The notes under the pieces: generated by a model
What the model was told of the DNA's origin: nothing
Seen by the model: only the letters and a program-made list of their open reading frames with translations
Databases searched by the model: none
Made by a program: the position numbers and the translations under genes
From: Zancudomyces culisetae HAW-14-8
Lineage: Eukaryota > Fungi > Kickxellomycota
DNA: 64,000 nt
Direction of reading: 5' to 3'
Assembly (NCBI GenBank): GCA_052426225.1
Contig: JBNJNM010000006.1
Location: 2,418,001-2,482,000, forward strand
Part shown: positions 1 through 13,662 of the stretch, piece after piece
Position numbering within the stretch: the first letter of the stretch is position 1
Layout: each line of letters opens with the position of its first letter

Positions 1-609
1 ATTCAACGCTAACTTTTTTGCCTCTTTTCGCACCCGATCTATGTTGTACGACTCCTTTTTTGCTTTGAGCATGCTCACAACCTTGTGTTCAATCGGAAGC
101 CCATGACAATCCCACCCTGGGATGTACAATACCTTTCGCCCTTTTATTATGTGATACCTATTCACGATATCTTTAAGGACCTTGTTGGTGAAATGTCCAA
201 AATGAAGATCTCCATTGGCATATGGTGGTCCGTCATTAAGTACAAAGTAATCTCCTGGATTTTTTTTTAATTGCCAAAAGTATAAATCTTCTGCACAAGC
301 TTTTCTGAACTCGGCCTCTCTTACTGCTGCATTTGCTCGCAAAGCAAACGCAGTCTTTGGTAAAAACATTGTTTTGGAATAGTCATTCTCCCCTTTATCT
401 TTCTTTTCTTTCACTGCATTTTTAGTGCTGTAGTAATTCGTAGAAATGTTCAAAATTCTACCTGCATGGATCGAACCTTGCTGCAAGGAATGAAAGCTCG
501 TAATTTTATGTCGCGATTTGCACTGTACTTGTGCTTGAAGCCTCCTTGCCCCCTGATTTACTGTGCCCCTAACTCCAAATGCTGAGACATTTTTTAGGAG
601 AGCACTCAT
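1..609 (-). CDS. ISM1: Mitochondrial isoleucyl-tRNA synthetase, N-terminal part (runs off left edge)
   Basis: Manual minus-strand translation from ATG at 609: MSALLKNVSAFGVRGT... (presequence-like), YSKTMFLPKTAF, DGPPYANGDLHFGH (HIGH motif), PGWDCHGLPIE. Absent from the ORF track because the stop lies outside the window. Confidence 0.95.
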   Translation of the reverse strand, partial: MSALLKNVSAFGVRGTVNQGARRLQAQVQCKSRHKITSFHSLQQGSIHAGRILNISTNYYSTKNAVKEKKDKGENDYSKTMFLPKTAFALRANAAVREAEFRKACAEDLYFWQLKKNPGDYFVLNDGPPYANGDLHFGHFTNKVLKDIVNRYHIIKGRKVLYIPGWDCHGLPIEHKVVSMLKAKKESYNIDRVRKEAKKLALN

Positions 610-1721
610 TCTCGTATGGCAGTTGTTGATTTATTTGATTGATTTGATTGATTTTGAAAGTATAACAGTGAAAATAAACTTTTTTTTTTCTGGCTCTACA
701 AACTAGATAATATAAGCAGCGTGATTTGAATAATAGTAGTATCTGGTATTTTCTCAGCTTATCTGAGTATTCTGATCCTTTTTTTCCACCAAACTGGCAA
801 AAGCAATAAAAAAAAGATAAAAGTAAGATCAGCGAATCGGCTGAGCTTAAGCCATTGAAATCCAACCAACCATTTTGTTTTTTGAATGAATTGCTTTTGT
901 ACTGATTTAGAACTATTATCCATTTAAACTGTTATGAATGAAATTTTAATTTTTTATATCGCCATGCTTACCACAAGAAACATCAATACTGGATATATTA
1001 TGCTTTATGCACTGCACAGAAAAATACAAAAAAAAGTTTTTTTTTCTTCTATGTCTTTCCGTATATAAACAGTGTAGCTGACCCCTATTGAAATGTTGAT
1101 TCCCCCTCATATTTAGAGTAAAAACCGCGTGTAGCATATAGTAGGGCACAATCTAATGCATATCGATATACTAGCTAGAGGGTAGATGTTTTTGTTTTAT
1201 GCATAGCGGTGTTGGAATAAAGAACATGTAATATACTAACTGGTAAACTTTATTTTTAAACCTTGTGAGCATCAATCCATTGATTGTATTTTATTTGTTT
1301 ACTAAAATTGATATATTTCAGCACAATAAGTACATTTATACTCTTTGTTTTTAAACAAATGCCTACCCAACTTAATAACCAAAACAATGTTATACTATTT
1401 AAATGCAAAAATCTAGAGCTGTTTCTATAAAGTGGTTTGACTTTGTGCAGATTTTTGTTTGAGCACACCAATATTTGTATAGTGGTACGGGTATATAACT
1501 TGATCGTTTTGGCAATTACCAACTTTATAGAGACAGATTACTGGTGCGACAAACATAGCCCAGCAATTATTAACTTATTCTAACTAACTTAAGTTCACAG
1601 GTTAATACAGACTGTGTCAATGTACCGTATACTTTAGTGTCTGCTTTTTTGATATAACAATATACTACAACGTAAACATAGTAGATATTATCATATACAG
1701 AAAGGTCATAGGCTTTATTTT

Positions 1722-2762
1722 ATGTTGTGTCAAGAAATGGATACTCGATTTGGAGTTACGAACCAGCCGCCCAATAACCGTGTCACTCAAGTCAAGATAG
1801 TATATAATCCACGTCCGCAAAACGAAATCTCTTTTCAAGTAAAAAGCACCAGGCGCAACATGGCTAGGCTACAAAATATTGAGCAGATGTTTAGACTTTC
1901 AACAGAATTGGGAAAGGGAGTCTCTGGTAGTGTGTACAGAGCAACTACAATAAAAAAACCTGCGAGCCACTTTGTTGTCAAATCTATTCTAAAAGAGAGA
2001 GTATTGAATAGGAAAAACACAGACACACACTTTTTTTTGAATGAGCTATTGAGTCTCAAGCTAAGTAGTATATGCACCAACATTATTAAATATCTATACT
2101 TTGGAGAAACAAAAAAAGAATATATATTGACGATGGAGTATTGTCGCTATGGAACGCTGAACGATTTATTGTTTTCAGAGCTCTTACCTGAGAATCCTTG
2201 GAAAAACATCAAATGTGATCAGAGAGAGATAAGAAGAGCGATATTTGAAATACTTAGTGCTGTAACTGTGTGTCATAGTTTTGGGATTTACCATCGGGAT
2301 ATAAAACCACGAAACATACTGGTTGGTGATGATGGACGTCTAAAACTTGCAGATTTTGGTTTGTCAACATCGAACCTGTGGTCTACATCGTTTGGGTGTG
2401 GAACCACGCGTTTTACATGTCCCGAATCGATATCACAAAGCTTTTACAAAGAGAATTTTCAAAAAGTTTTTATAATCGGGGAACATCAAGTATACAACAC
2501 TAGGTGTGCGGATATCTGGTCACTTGGTATTCTTTTTACTGTTATTGCATTTAGAACATATCCTTGGTCATGTGCAAGCCTCAACAACACCGAATTTAAG
2601 GAATACTTTCTAAATCACACGACACTTAGAAAAACATTTAACATTTCAACAGAGTTTTTTAGGTTGGTGACTCAGATGCTACATGTAAATTTTATTAAAC
2701 GGCCTAATATTCACAAGGTATCGAGAAGGATGACACAAATTGAAGTTTTGTATGGGAAATAA
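1722..2762 (+). CDS. Ser/Thr protein kinase, Ran1/Pat1 (Sks1/Vhs1)-like
   Basis: LGKGVSGSVY, VVK, HRDIKPRN, DFG, SFGCGT..CPE, DIWSLG and YPWSCA motifs; the FGCG and PW..A segments resemble the Ran1 family. Confidence 0.85.
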   Translation: MLCQEMDTRFGVTNQPPNNRVTQVKIVYNPRPQNEISFQVKSTRRNMARLQNIEQMFRLSTELGKGVSGSVYRATTIKKPASHFVVKSILKERVLNRKNTDTHFFLNELLSLKLSSICTNIIKYLYFGETKKEYILTMEYCRYGTLNDLLFSELLPENPWKNIKCDQREIRRAIFEILSAVTVCHSFGIYHRDIKPRNILVGDDGRLKLADFGLSTSNLWSTSFGCGTTRFTCPESISQSFYKENFQKVFIIGEHQVYNTRCADIWSLGILFTVIAFRTYPWSCASLNNTEFKEYFLNHTTLRKTFNISTEFFRLVTQMLHVNFIKRPNIHKVSRRMTQIEVLYGK

Positions 2763-5700
2763 GAAGCCTTGGCCCATATACATTCTTTTTACGCATTTTA
2801 GGTGAATTAAATATTGTTTCGTTCACTAGATATTCATTTGCACATTTTTTTAGTAGTAATTTGTTTATATACACTAAATTCTCTGATAAAAAAAGGAAGT
2901 GATATTGTGGTTTTGTGTTTGTACATTCGCAAGATAAACTCAAGAGCCGAAATTTTGGTTCTACAGTGAAAATTCTGCTCATTATTCAATGCCTAATATT
3001 GAAAAAAGGGGAGATAAAGAGAGAGGAGGTAATGTCTGGTAAACGAGCTAGTGATTAGTGTAAGATACCAGTCAGGCGTAACATACTATCAAAACGTGTG
3101 CATCGATACCCTTTAAACGACTCTTGCCGGACTCTCGATACCAATTTTATTTATATTTGCGCTTGGTCTGGTATATTAATTGTACCATATTTGCTAAATA
3201 ATAAGCACCTTGTATTTAGTAAAACCCAGACGATTGTACTAGAATAATAGTATGAAAACCAATACAACACAATGGAAATGAAGAAAGTGAGAATAACAAA
3301 AAAAAACCAACAAGGTTAAGAAAGACTTGGTGACTGAAGGTGTTGTTGTTTGTGTACCTGGATATACCATCAACACAGAAACCTGTTTCTGGCCTTATTT
3401 TATGCTTAAGGTTAAAAGGTATTTATCAATACGTGAAAAAGATTTTATTTTCCTATATCACAGGTTACCAACCCTGCTTAATAGCGATCAAGATAATCCT
3501 TAGGTCAATCAAGGAGAAAAGTGAGGGGGTGTGGGGAGAGGGTTATGTGTTTTTTCTTCTCCATACAAGACTCGTGGTTTCAAAATAGAAAACATCTGCA
3601 ACTTTTATTCATGCAAACAGCTTACTAGTTGATTGATTCTCACCCCATGATCTAATTAAAATAGTACAATATCTCTTAGAAATACTACTCTAATGGCTGT
3701 CATGGTTATATGGGAAGGAATGAGGCAGGAGTGTTTTGTACTCGTTTGATTGTGAAAATAATTCGATTATATAAGCTTTTCTGTTCCATCGATTAGCTAA
3801 ACAATATGAGAAAATACCAATACAAAAAAAAAATGGATTCCTGACTGCAAAGAAGTGTTATTTGTAGATAAGTGATACAAGTAGCATGGTTTTGGGAACA
3901 TGATAGGTTGATACTGTACCAATTGGATTCACTGGAAATGTGTTGAATAATCCCATACAAAATCGCATTTGAATGTGTGAGTGTGGGGGAGGGGAGTTAA
4001 CCATTGAATGGCAAACGTTTAGTGTATATACCGTTATGTAAGCACGTACTTGTCCTAAAAACTATATGATGTTGGTATATGTACACGTTAACACCCATGT
4101 TTGCATACATAGATACTCATTCGCATTTAACTGTTAGGATTATATTGTTTTTTCACTTGATGTGTCCATTTTCAAAGTTGCAAAAAAAATATTCCCAGAA
4201 TTAAAATCTAGTGAATTGATTTTTGGATTCGAAAAAAGGGTTATAAATGTCAATTTCCACGAAATTAATTAGTAGTGCATCGTTATTTAAAGTGAGGAAG
4301 CTTAAAACGGCAAGGCTGGTTTGTGATGATCGTTTCAAAATAAACATTTTCTCGCAAACTCCCCGAAAAAATCACGGTAATTTTTAACCACAACCTCAAT
4401 GATTTTTATAACCAAGTCATGATTTGTGTTCCATAAAACCAAGGTATTTGTTGTCAAAGTAAATGGAAAAAGCGCTAGAGTTTATAAACCATTTCCAAAA
4501 ATTAAATATTCAGCAATTTATTTTTAACACATTTTATTACATTGCTCATCGAATAAAAAATAAAGTAACTTTTCAACTGTTTGGTGTGGAATGTTTGATT
4601 GATTATAGCATTAAAAGCTCAGTCGTTTTTTTCCTTTATATTTTTCTGATAGAGCGCTTTACTCTGTCCATGAAAAATCTGAAATAGACAATGTTTTTTT
4701 TTATTTTAAAAAATGTACAAAAAACAAATAAACGAAATACACAAGTAATCGGTTTTCCTTGTTTACGCCCAATTCGACCCGCATAAAGCAGTTTCAGAAT
4801 GTGTTGGTTAATTGGATTAATATTTTTCCATGAAAGCAGGTCAAAAAAAAAAGTATAGTTTCAATATATCAAACGAACTGTCTTCTATGTTCGAATTTAA
4901 GAAAAGAAATAACCGACCAAGCATAGAGTACAAGTTCCCTTCTTTTCCTTACCCCTCCAAAAAAAACTCCTTTAGATTTCTTATTTTTAATTTTACGTTT
5001 ATTTCTTATTGGAAATGATGTACAAAAAAATACAAAAAAAGCGGTCTAAAATAATTAAGGTTAGCCATTTCGTAAGTGTAGATTCTAATTCCTGCTGACA
5101 AAATTGGATTTGCCTAATTTTATCACCATTTACTAACTTATCAATCAGCAGATTTGAGATGAAAAAATATCAAACTAATAAAACCAAATAAAAATTTTGT
5201 TTTTATTTTTTGTATTTAATTTTTGCCACGCAAATAAGAGAAGGCTGACTTATTAAAATGCCCAAAATAGATGTGGGAGCTTGATTTTTTCAGAGAAAGG
5301 TTAGTATTAGTAAAAAGCAAAGAGTAGCGTTAGTATATGTTTTTTCTCTACTTACATTTATCTATAAAACGGTGGCTAAACATGCACAGAATCCACAGTT
5401 GTAAATACTGATCAAGTTATGTGTGAATACAGTAAAGACAATCAATTTAAACCATTGTTACTGGAAAAAACAGTGATGGTTTAACTTGATTTTCTGTGAA
5501 AAATAAAGATTCAAATAAGGAAAGAATTTGATTGTGCTCTACTACATCTTTGAAGAGTTTTTCCGCAATCTTTTTTTTTCTACAGTTAAATTACTTCACA
5601 AGGGTTATAAGGAAATATCAAACTCTTTTGAAGAAAGTAAGATAAACAGATATAGAGAATATAGATAAATTAAACACTCTGGTGACACGACCATACTAGT

Positions 5701-6662
5701 AGTATATTTTTGAGTAGAAGAAATAAACAGTGACACTTGTATATTAAAGCAGTTTTTCATGTTTAATTTCAGCCCATAGCCATACTTAGAAATGAGCATG
5801 GAAAAAGCCAAAAATTTAGTTACAAAAAATTGGTAAAAAATAAACGAAAAACAGGAGAGGAGTGAGAAGTCAAGTGAAAAATGCATTTAAAAATATTCAG
5901 ATTTTAGCTAATTTACAATTTATTACCTTTAATTAGGTAATGCTCAACTTTAGGCAAACAATAAAATGTTTTTGGAAAATTTTGTCTGTGAAGTGCATAA
6001 TATAAAAATAAGGCCTATTTTTTTTGCTTTTCATTTTCCACTAAGAGTTAGAATTATATATTATATGTATTAACATTGGAATACGATAAAAATGTCTATA
6101 CAACAGGATTCATATGAAGAATACTTCAAAACAGAGGTGTTCTATAACGATTCTGAGAGTGAGGATAAAGGTAACTCTACTGTTTTTCGAGACTTTGCTC
6201 TCAAGCAAAAGAGCAGGTTTATATAAACATCATTGTATATATCCTACCAAACACGAGCAGGAGAGTAAACGTAGTGCTGCTGAAAAATTCAAAGTTGAAC
6301 CTTTTTTTATGTTTGACTTTGTGATATATGGTGTCGTTTAATACTTGGTTGAAGTCTTGAAATATTGGAACTTGTGGTGTATAGCTATGCTAGCACAAGT
6401 GAGTAAAGTGAGGTAGAGAGTACAAAGAAGAAGGGGTATAGTGGTAGGGGTAGGGGTAGGGGTAAGAGAGTGTGTTAAAAAGGGGGAGTTTAGATGGATG
6501 TGATATATAGAACGAATGGAAGGGGAGATACAATGGGATTTTTTTTACAATATAAAAACCAACCAACAAGACCATGTTTCTCTTATTATATGTGTATCTG
6601 TTACATATATCTGTTTGATTTTGCATAGAATAAAACTAACACCTGTATTTTTTTCTTTTTAG

Positions 6663-9600
6663 AGTACTGGCTAGAATTAGACGACGCTGGTGAAGGCGAA
6701 GAGACACCAGAAATCATTGAAAAGAAAAAAAAACTCCGGTACGGAAAAGATAAGCTTCTAGGCATCAAGGAAAAATTCGAATTAGCAAAAAAAAGGTAGG
6801 AAAAGAGACCGAGTAGTGTTTTATATTAACTTTATAACTTGGCTGCACTTTTTTTTTTCTGGAGGGAACCAAACCATCTTTTGATATTGACAAGGGGGTG
6901 ATTATGATAATACTAAATAATGTGCGTATCAATGGAACTTTCTATAGGCTTTTTGAGGTCAAGAGCGAGCAACTCGATGCAGAGATAAAACAAATACATG
7001 ATTTGACACACCCCACAATTATTTCATTTACGAAGGAATTGGAGAAGCAAAAGAGCGAGGTGATTCAGAAACATCGGTTACACTACAACTACAAAAAGGA
7101 TTTTGAGGAGCGGCTGTACGAGTCGACAAAGAATGGCATAATGGCTACATTTACGGTAAGTTTTTCCCTCCCAGCTTACAGGTGGGCTTTAGTTTATTTA
7201 TGATGTTAATAGATAATTCGTCAAGTGGATGAGTGGTATTATTATTTGAATGCTTGGACAGGCTGCGCATTTGGCCAAGGGTAGCTTGATTTTCGAGTGA
7301 ATAGGATTTTCAATCATTTCCATCATTTTGCTGAAGCATACCTTGGTCTGACAAAAAAAAATTTTCCTATAAAGGTTGGGTTTAATTTGGCCTAAAAAAA
7401 ATGACGTGAACCTAAGGTAGTTCGATTAGAAAAAGGGTGATGGTCAAACAAGTGTACGTTTTGGGGAAGTTTGCGTTATTTTTATTGTTGAAATGGTAAC
7501 AAAAGGAACATGAGAGAAGCAGAATTAGTAATTTTAAGTGAGTGAGCAGCACGGGTAATAACCCAACTCAAAAAGCAAGTATCCTTTTATCATGAGGAAA
7601 AAAATTGACTGATTTCAAGATGTAAATGAAAAGATGTTTGGTAACACAGGATTATGAAGGCGATATAATTTTAGTGGCTGTCTTTGAGAGTCAGCTTTGG
7701 AACCTAATTTGAGCTTTAAAACCAACCAGATTTGCATTTCGGGCAGTTACAAGTTGAAATCTGTAGTTATCACCCCCTATTTTCTTTTTTTTTTACAGGG
7801 TAACTGGGTAACCGAGGAATAATTTCTGAGATTGTAAAAAATAAATTGGAGAGTTGTGTAAATTGAGAGGGGGGGGAGTTAAAAGAAATTGTGTAAACAA
7901 AATCAGAAAAGTGTGCTGCATCGAATGGGTTTGCGGTATTAATTAAAGAAAACGAGTGAGGAAAAATAGCGCTATTTCTTTTTGGATTAATAAAAATCCA
8001 GCATTCTTGATTGCGTGCAACCATTGTCAAATGCTTAATGAAAAGTTCAATTTATAATCGAACGGAATTAACTAATAAAAATAATTTTAGGCAACAAGGG
8101 CCAATGTGCGTCAATCACTGATTTCGCTTTGTATAGAGAAATTATGTAAACTGGAAAATGAATTTAAATCACGAATGGCACCAAAGGAGTTGTTCTCAAA
8201 AGACAATGTTGCAGGATTTTATGGAACAGGTAAGTTATTTTTCCTTTTTTTGTTAATTCCCGTGAATTACCGATAAAGCTAACCAACAGCGTTGATTGGA
8301 ACCAAAAGCGGACTATTATTTTTCCATTCGATTTTTTTTTCAATGGGACAAAAAATGGGCAGGAAAATATGTAATAAATAATGTGTAAATAATAGACGTT
8401 GAGGGAAGAGCAAAGAAGCGGAAAGCGAAGGGACTGGCACAAAGGGGAAGCAAAAAAGCAAGGGGTGCGGAAGAAAGAGTGGAGAGAGATGGGGATGAAC
8501 CACGAGGGTTGTTGGAGCTCAGCGGGCTGGAAAGTGATGAAATAGAAGCTGATATGAGGGTAATCACACCATATGTGTATGATGAGGATCCAATGATATC
8601 ACAGTCTGAGAAATGCAGCACGTCAGATCATTCGGATGGTAGTGGTATGGGAGAATCGATAGTGCCCAAGGTGGAGAAGCGTAGTGTTGATATAGAAAGA
8701 GCAATGGAGGCGGAAAACAGCAAAGCGCCAACCGAACCAGCAATTAGCCGTGCTGCAAGCATTGGTACTAATAAGGCATCTACACGCAAAGAAAGCATCA
8801 ATGATGTGGATGAATATCGTTTCTACGAGGAGCAAATTCATATCGGGTACGATTATCCAGCGAAGGTAGCGATTGATCAACAAAGCATAGGGAGAGTTAC
8901 GGAGTATAAAAGCGATATTGTTAGCAGGAAGAGTGCTGTTGAGTCACCTAGAGCTGGTTTTGATTATGGGAGAGAGACGGAGACACCATTCGAGAAGAGA
9001 CGTGAGGACGAAGCAGATATTATGGGAACTGAAAGAAGATGGGAAATGAGGGACTCGAGCGTAGTAGAGGGGCGAAGTGGCTATTATGAGAACAACTCGG
9101 TGGATTTGGTTTCATCTTCACACGAGCCAACATCGTATGAAGCCTACAGGAATGTAGTTTCAGAAAAATCACCGTTTATTTCAGGTGCCAATTCGTTCCT
9201 GAATCCAATTATGGAGGCAAAACCCAAAGTACAAGAAAAAGTAGTTTTGCCACCAATTAGCTCAATGGATTTTGGAGCATCTCAGCGCCGTCCACCCTTC
9301 AATAGATCACCCCCGCAACACTCGCAACCGTACTATTCTCAACATACTGCCCATACATATCCACACACACACGGCCACAATCACAATCACAACCAGAACC
9401 ATAATCACAACCAGAACCATAATCATAATCAAAACCAAAATCATAATCAAAACCACAGTCATAATCATAATCATACCCTCATTCACTCACCATCGCTCTA
9501 CTCCCAACGGCCTAGCTGGAACTTTCGGGAGCCACTTCCTTCTATGCATCAGTATCCCAGCTCTGTTCATGGCTATGAACATTCACACAACTATACTCAA

Positions 9601-9930
9601 TATTCTACAGTCGAACTTGAAACCAAAAACCACCAGCATTATGCCGGGGTAGAGAGGCTTAATGGGAATTATGATTATCACCCACCTACTGGAAATACTC
9701 CTGCCAATGGTAGTGCGTACTTTTCTTCGGAGCACCATGGCCATTACGAGGACAGTCCCCAGAACATTGATGCTGCTGGATCCTCGAATTTTGGTCCCCT
9801 ATCCAATCCGTATCCCCCAAATGCTTCTAATGACAACCACCTACCACCTCTGAAAAACTACCAGTCACAACATCTTTACAATAACTACTCGTACTATAAT
9901 ATGCCAAGAAATGACTACAATCCGTACTAG
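6663..9930 (+). CDS. Sds3-like (Sds3/Dep1/BRMS1) Sin3-HDAC complex subunit, spliced; 5' end unresolved
   Basis: Phase-consistent GT-AG exons 6663-6795, 6948-7155, 8091-8229 and 8396-9930. LDAEIKQIHDLTHP...ELEKQK coiled coil resembles the Sds3 domain; long low-complexity C-terminus. Confidence 0.7.
9376..9474 (+). repeat. Coding His/Asn/Gln repeat (HNHNHNQN)n
   Basis: cacaat/cataat/caaaac hexamer array inside the last exon of the Sds3-like gene. Confidence 0.9.
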
Positions 9931-12535
9931 CGTACTCATTCTATTGCGTATACACCCCTTCCGATTCTGTGTATTATAAGCCCTTTCTTTGGGTTTACTC
10001 CCCCTTCCTTCCCAAAGCACACCTCTAGACAAAACCAGCCTGAACCAAGACTTTTATTTTATTTTTATGTCTATGGTTTGATTTTAAACCTGTATTGACA
10101 GCGTCTCCATACCACGCTTTTTTTGAGCGTAATTTAGATTTTCGCGTACCTTTTTATTGTGTTATAATTTATAATTGCTTAATCGCTACCAACCCACATT
10201 TTTCAAGAACCCTTATTATGAATATAATGTATCATTTGCTTTTTTTACGACCACTGAAAGTACAATGCGAACCTTGTTAATTGTTTAATTTGGACCAAGC
10301 TCTGTATTGGTGCATCCTATATAACTGCAAGAATGAATCCGCTATAAAATGCTCGTATCTGCTCGCTATTTGTATACTGGCAATTGTGTCAGCTACCGCT
10401 TACAGTCTAGTGTGTATACTGTAACAAGTCAAAATGTAGAGCGAGTTGGATTTTTGTATAATACAAATTTCTATTTTCTGACAGAAAATATTACTGGTAG
10501 TCTAGACTGCAAACATAGTCAAAGGTGATTCATGAAAATGGCAAACAAACAAAAAATTGGCATTAGGTATATAGGGTAAGCTATACAGATGGCTGGAAAT
10601 TCGTGCTATGTTTGAACCAAAATGGGGAGGAGGAGGAGGAGAAACACCAATTAGTCAATGTAAGAAAATCATATCATTCAGTTCACAAGTAAAAAATATA
10701 GCGAAAAACTTGTGATAATGACTGTGATGAAGTGGTTGTGCTGTTATTACTCTTGCTAGTAATTGCAAAAATTGTGCGTTTTTTTTTTGTTTTATTTTGT
10801 TTTGTTTTATTGACTACATCCTGTTTATTATTTATGGTATTGTAATGTGTCACATACTAGTTTTTTTTTTTTTGAAACTAATCAAACTTTTTAGTAGGAA
10901 ATAATACAAAAAGTAGTCATACTTAAGCAATTGACACAAACAGAAAAACAGTTTACAATTTTTATACTAAAGGTAACAGAATAAATGCTTCTTTCTTTCT
11001 TTTGTTCTATAATTAAACGCATTCTTTTCCTGAGTTCTGGTTATCTAGTTTCAATTTGGACGTTGTTATTGCTATAGCACCATCAATCACAAACACAAGT
11101 GCAAAATACATTCTTATGTGTATATTATAGTATAATTAATTCCTTTGTATATTTCGACCAACTAAAATAAAAATAGCGTACTTCAAATTTAATATAAAAA
11201 AGTATCGTTTTGATATGGTACACCCAGTTTTACACATTGATTACCAAACATTGAGGTAAAAATTCTCAAAATAAAAAAAATTAAATTATTCGAACATCTA
11301 AAGCCATGAACTTGAATATGAAATAAAAATAGCGATATAAATTAGTAAACAAAGTAGGGGGGGAGGAATAGGAGGAGGATCATAGTCTATGGATAAAAAA
11401 AAAGAGCAAGAATATGTAAGAGCGTGGAAATAAGTTGACTATTGATATAATTTCAAAGGGATTTTCACCATAAAAAAAACCAAAACAAAAAACTTGTGTA
11501 GAAAAAGAGTTGTACCCGAAAATATGTTTAAATAACACACAGTCAAAAAGGTACATATTTTTATTATACAGTATTTATTTTTTACGTCTATATTTGGTTT
11601 ATTTTTTTTTCCCTTTTTGGTATGTGCATAATTGGTGTTGAAAAATATATAATCTATTTATTCTATTTGCTTTTTTATTTGATTGGCATTAATAATCGAC
11701 AAGGAAAGTCATAATAGTTGATTGTTCAAGAATATTGACTAATTCGGAAAAAAGAATCAAGTAAAAAAAAGGGATAAATGTAAAAAGTAAGACATGAGCT
11801 TTTGTTTTCTATTTTTTTTTCATTTACTCTTCTCCCTTCACTGATACACACCTCTCTTCCCCCCATTCTATTATACATGTGTTACCAAGACGTCTTTTTT
11901 ATCATGCTTTTTAACTTGATTATAAAATAAAATCTTTACTTTGATGAATTGACTAGTATATAGACAAAAGAAAAGCATAAAATAAGTAGGGGGGAAAAAT
12001 CTGAAAGTATAAAGCAAAATAGAAGGAGCAAAATGGCGTTTTATTCATTTCTCTTTATATTATTACTATTATTTCTATAAAAAGCTTGCTGCTTTACCCA
12101 TATCTTCCCACTTGACTCGTATTATTTATGTTTATTATTTTTTTTCCATAGAGCTTTTTCTGGAAATTACCGTAATTACGTGTATTGATTCCTTTTATCT
12201 TGATTTCTTCATTTTTTTTTCAAAATAATTTTGTTATCAAAGTTCAGATAATATATGATTTTGTTGGAGTAATTTTGGTTTGGATTTACGTTGAAAAAAA
12301 AAAGGAGTTAGGGAATACGGGATTAAAAGGATAATTGTTAATGTGATTTTTATTTTGCTTTTATTTTACTTTATTTTTGCTGTAATACAAAGGGCCATAG
12401 TAACACAAACAAGGGAAAAAAAAGTTTTGAGTTTTAGTGAAACGGATAAGAGTGCGAAAGTATAAAGAAAAGCTAAGAATGGGAGAGTCCCAAATCTAAG
12501 TGGAGATGAGATGGAATAAAATGGGATGAGAGAGA

Positions 12536-12570
12536 GGATGGGAGAGAGGATGGGAGAGAGGATGGGAGAG
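12536..12570. repeat. Purine-rich tandem repeat (GGATGGGAGAGA)x~3
   Basis: Directly visible. Confidence 0.85.
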
Positions 12571-13474
12571 GAGAGGGGAGGAGGGATATAGGTTTCTAAA
12601 AGCTTTATTGTGTTTTATTTATTTATTTTTGTTTTGCATAAAATATACATTAGTCAATCAATCAATCAATTGACAAAATCCCAAAAAGCTAATTATAAGA
12701 GCAAGATTAGCTACAGTTAATTGTATGTCAATTCCAACACCAATAGGATATAATTTATTTATTTTACTTTTTGCTTGAGTGTTTAAATGGTGCATAAATA
12801 AAAGAGGTAAGGGACTTGATGTAAGAAAAGGAAGGAGGAGGGAGGGGAGGGATGTAAAGAGCGTGAAGGGTGGATGGATGGGTGAAAAAATGAATGGGTT
12901 TGTGAGGTAGCAAAATTAAAGGCGTACAACACAAACCGTTAAACCACCACAACTATTACTGTTAATCATAGTTTTTCATTTATACCATTTATTCTTAAAG
13001 GGTCTTGACATATAAATAGCTAATAGAAATAAAACATTCATGTTTTTTTTCTGAGACAAGTCTAGTTATCCTACTTGTTTTCACGAGGTGTATTCAAAAC
13101 GTATTTGGGAAAAGCGAATGTTTTGACACTTTTTTGTTTTGTGTAATATAGTTTTTCCTTTTATGTTTTTTTTGGTACAATTTTGATATTAAAGAACACA
13201 CTATCTCTAGCCATTGCAAGAAAATTTGAGTTTTTATATTTCCGTAAAGCTAAAATGATTAGGTTGAAAAAAAAAAAATGGAAAAAAAAAAGTTGGGTTT
13301 TTAATCGAAAGTAAATATATTAAAAATGCAGTTTACAATTTGTAATTGGAATACAATAACATTTGATTACAAACCAAAACGCAAAGAAATAAAAAAAGGG
13401 TGGGGAGGGGAGGGGGAGAAACAAAGAGCCTACCAAACTTGATAAGAATTTATCATGTAAAGAAAAAAAAAGTA

Positions 13475-13662
13475 TTGTGTTGTGTTGTGTTGTGTCGTAT
13501 GGTATGGTGTAGTGTGGTGTGGTAAAGAGAAAAGGATAGGAGAGTAAAGGGGGTACAAAGAGAGAGGGAAGAGATAATAAAACCAAACATTTGTTTGGTA
13601 TATTAAAAAAAGGGCAATAAGACAAAAAATAGAAAATAGAAAATAGAAAATAGAAAATAGAA
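13475..13662. repeat. Degenerate pentamer array (TGTGT/TGGTA) followed by (AAAATAG)x5
   Basis: Directly visible. Confidence 0.85.

Noticed and set aside
5271-5299. ATG-initiated mini-exon as first exon of the Sds3-like gene
   Set aside because: Ends in phase 2, which is incompatible with the reading frame of exon 6663-6795.
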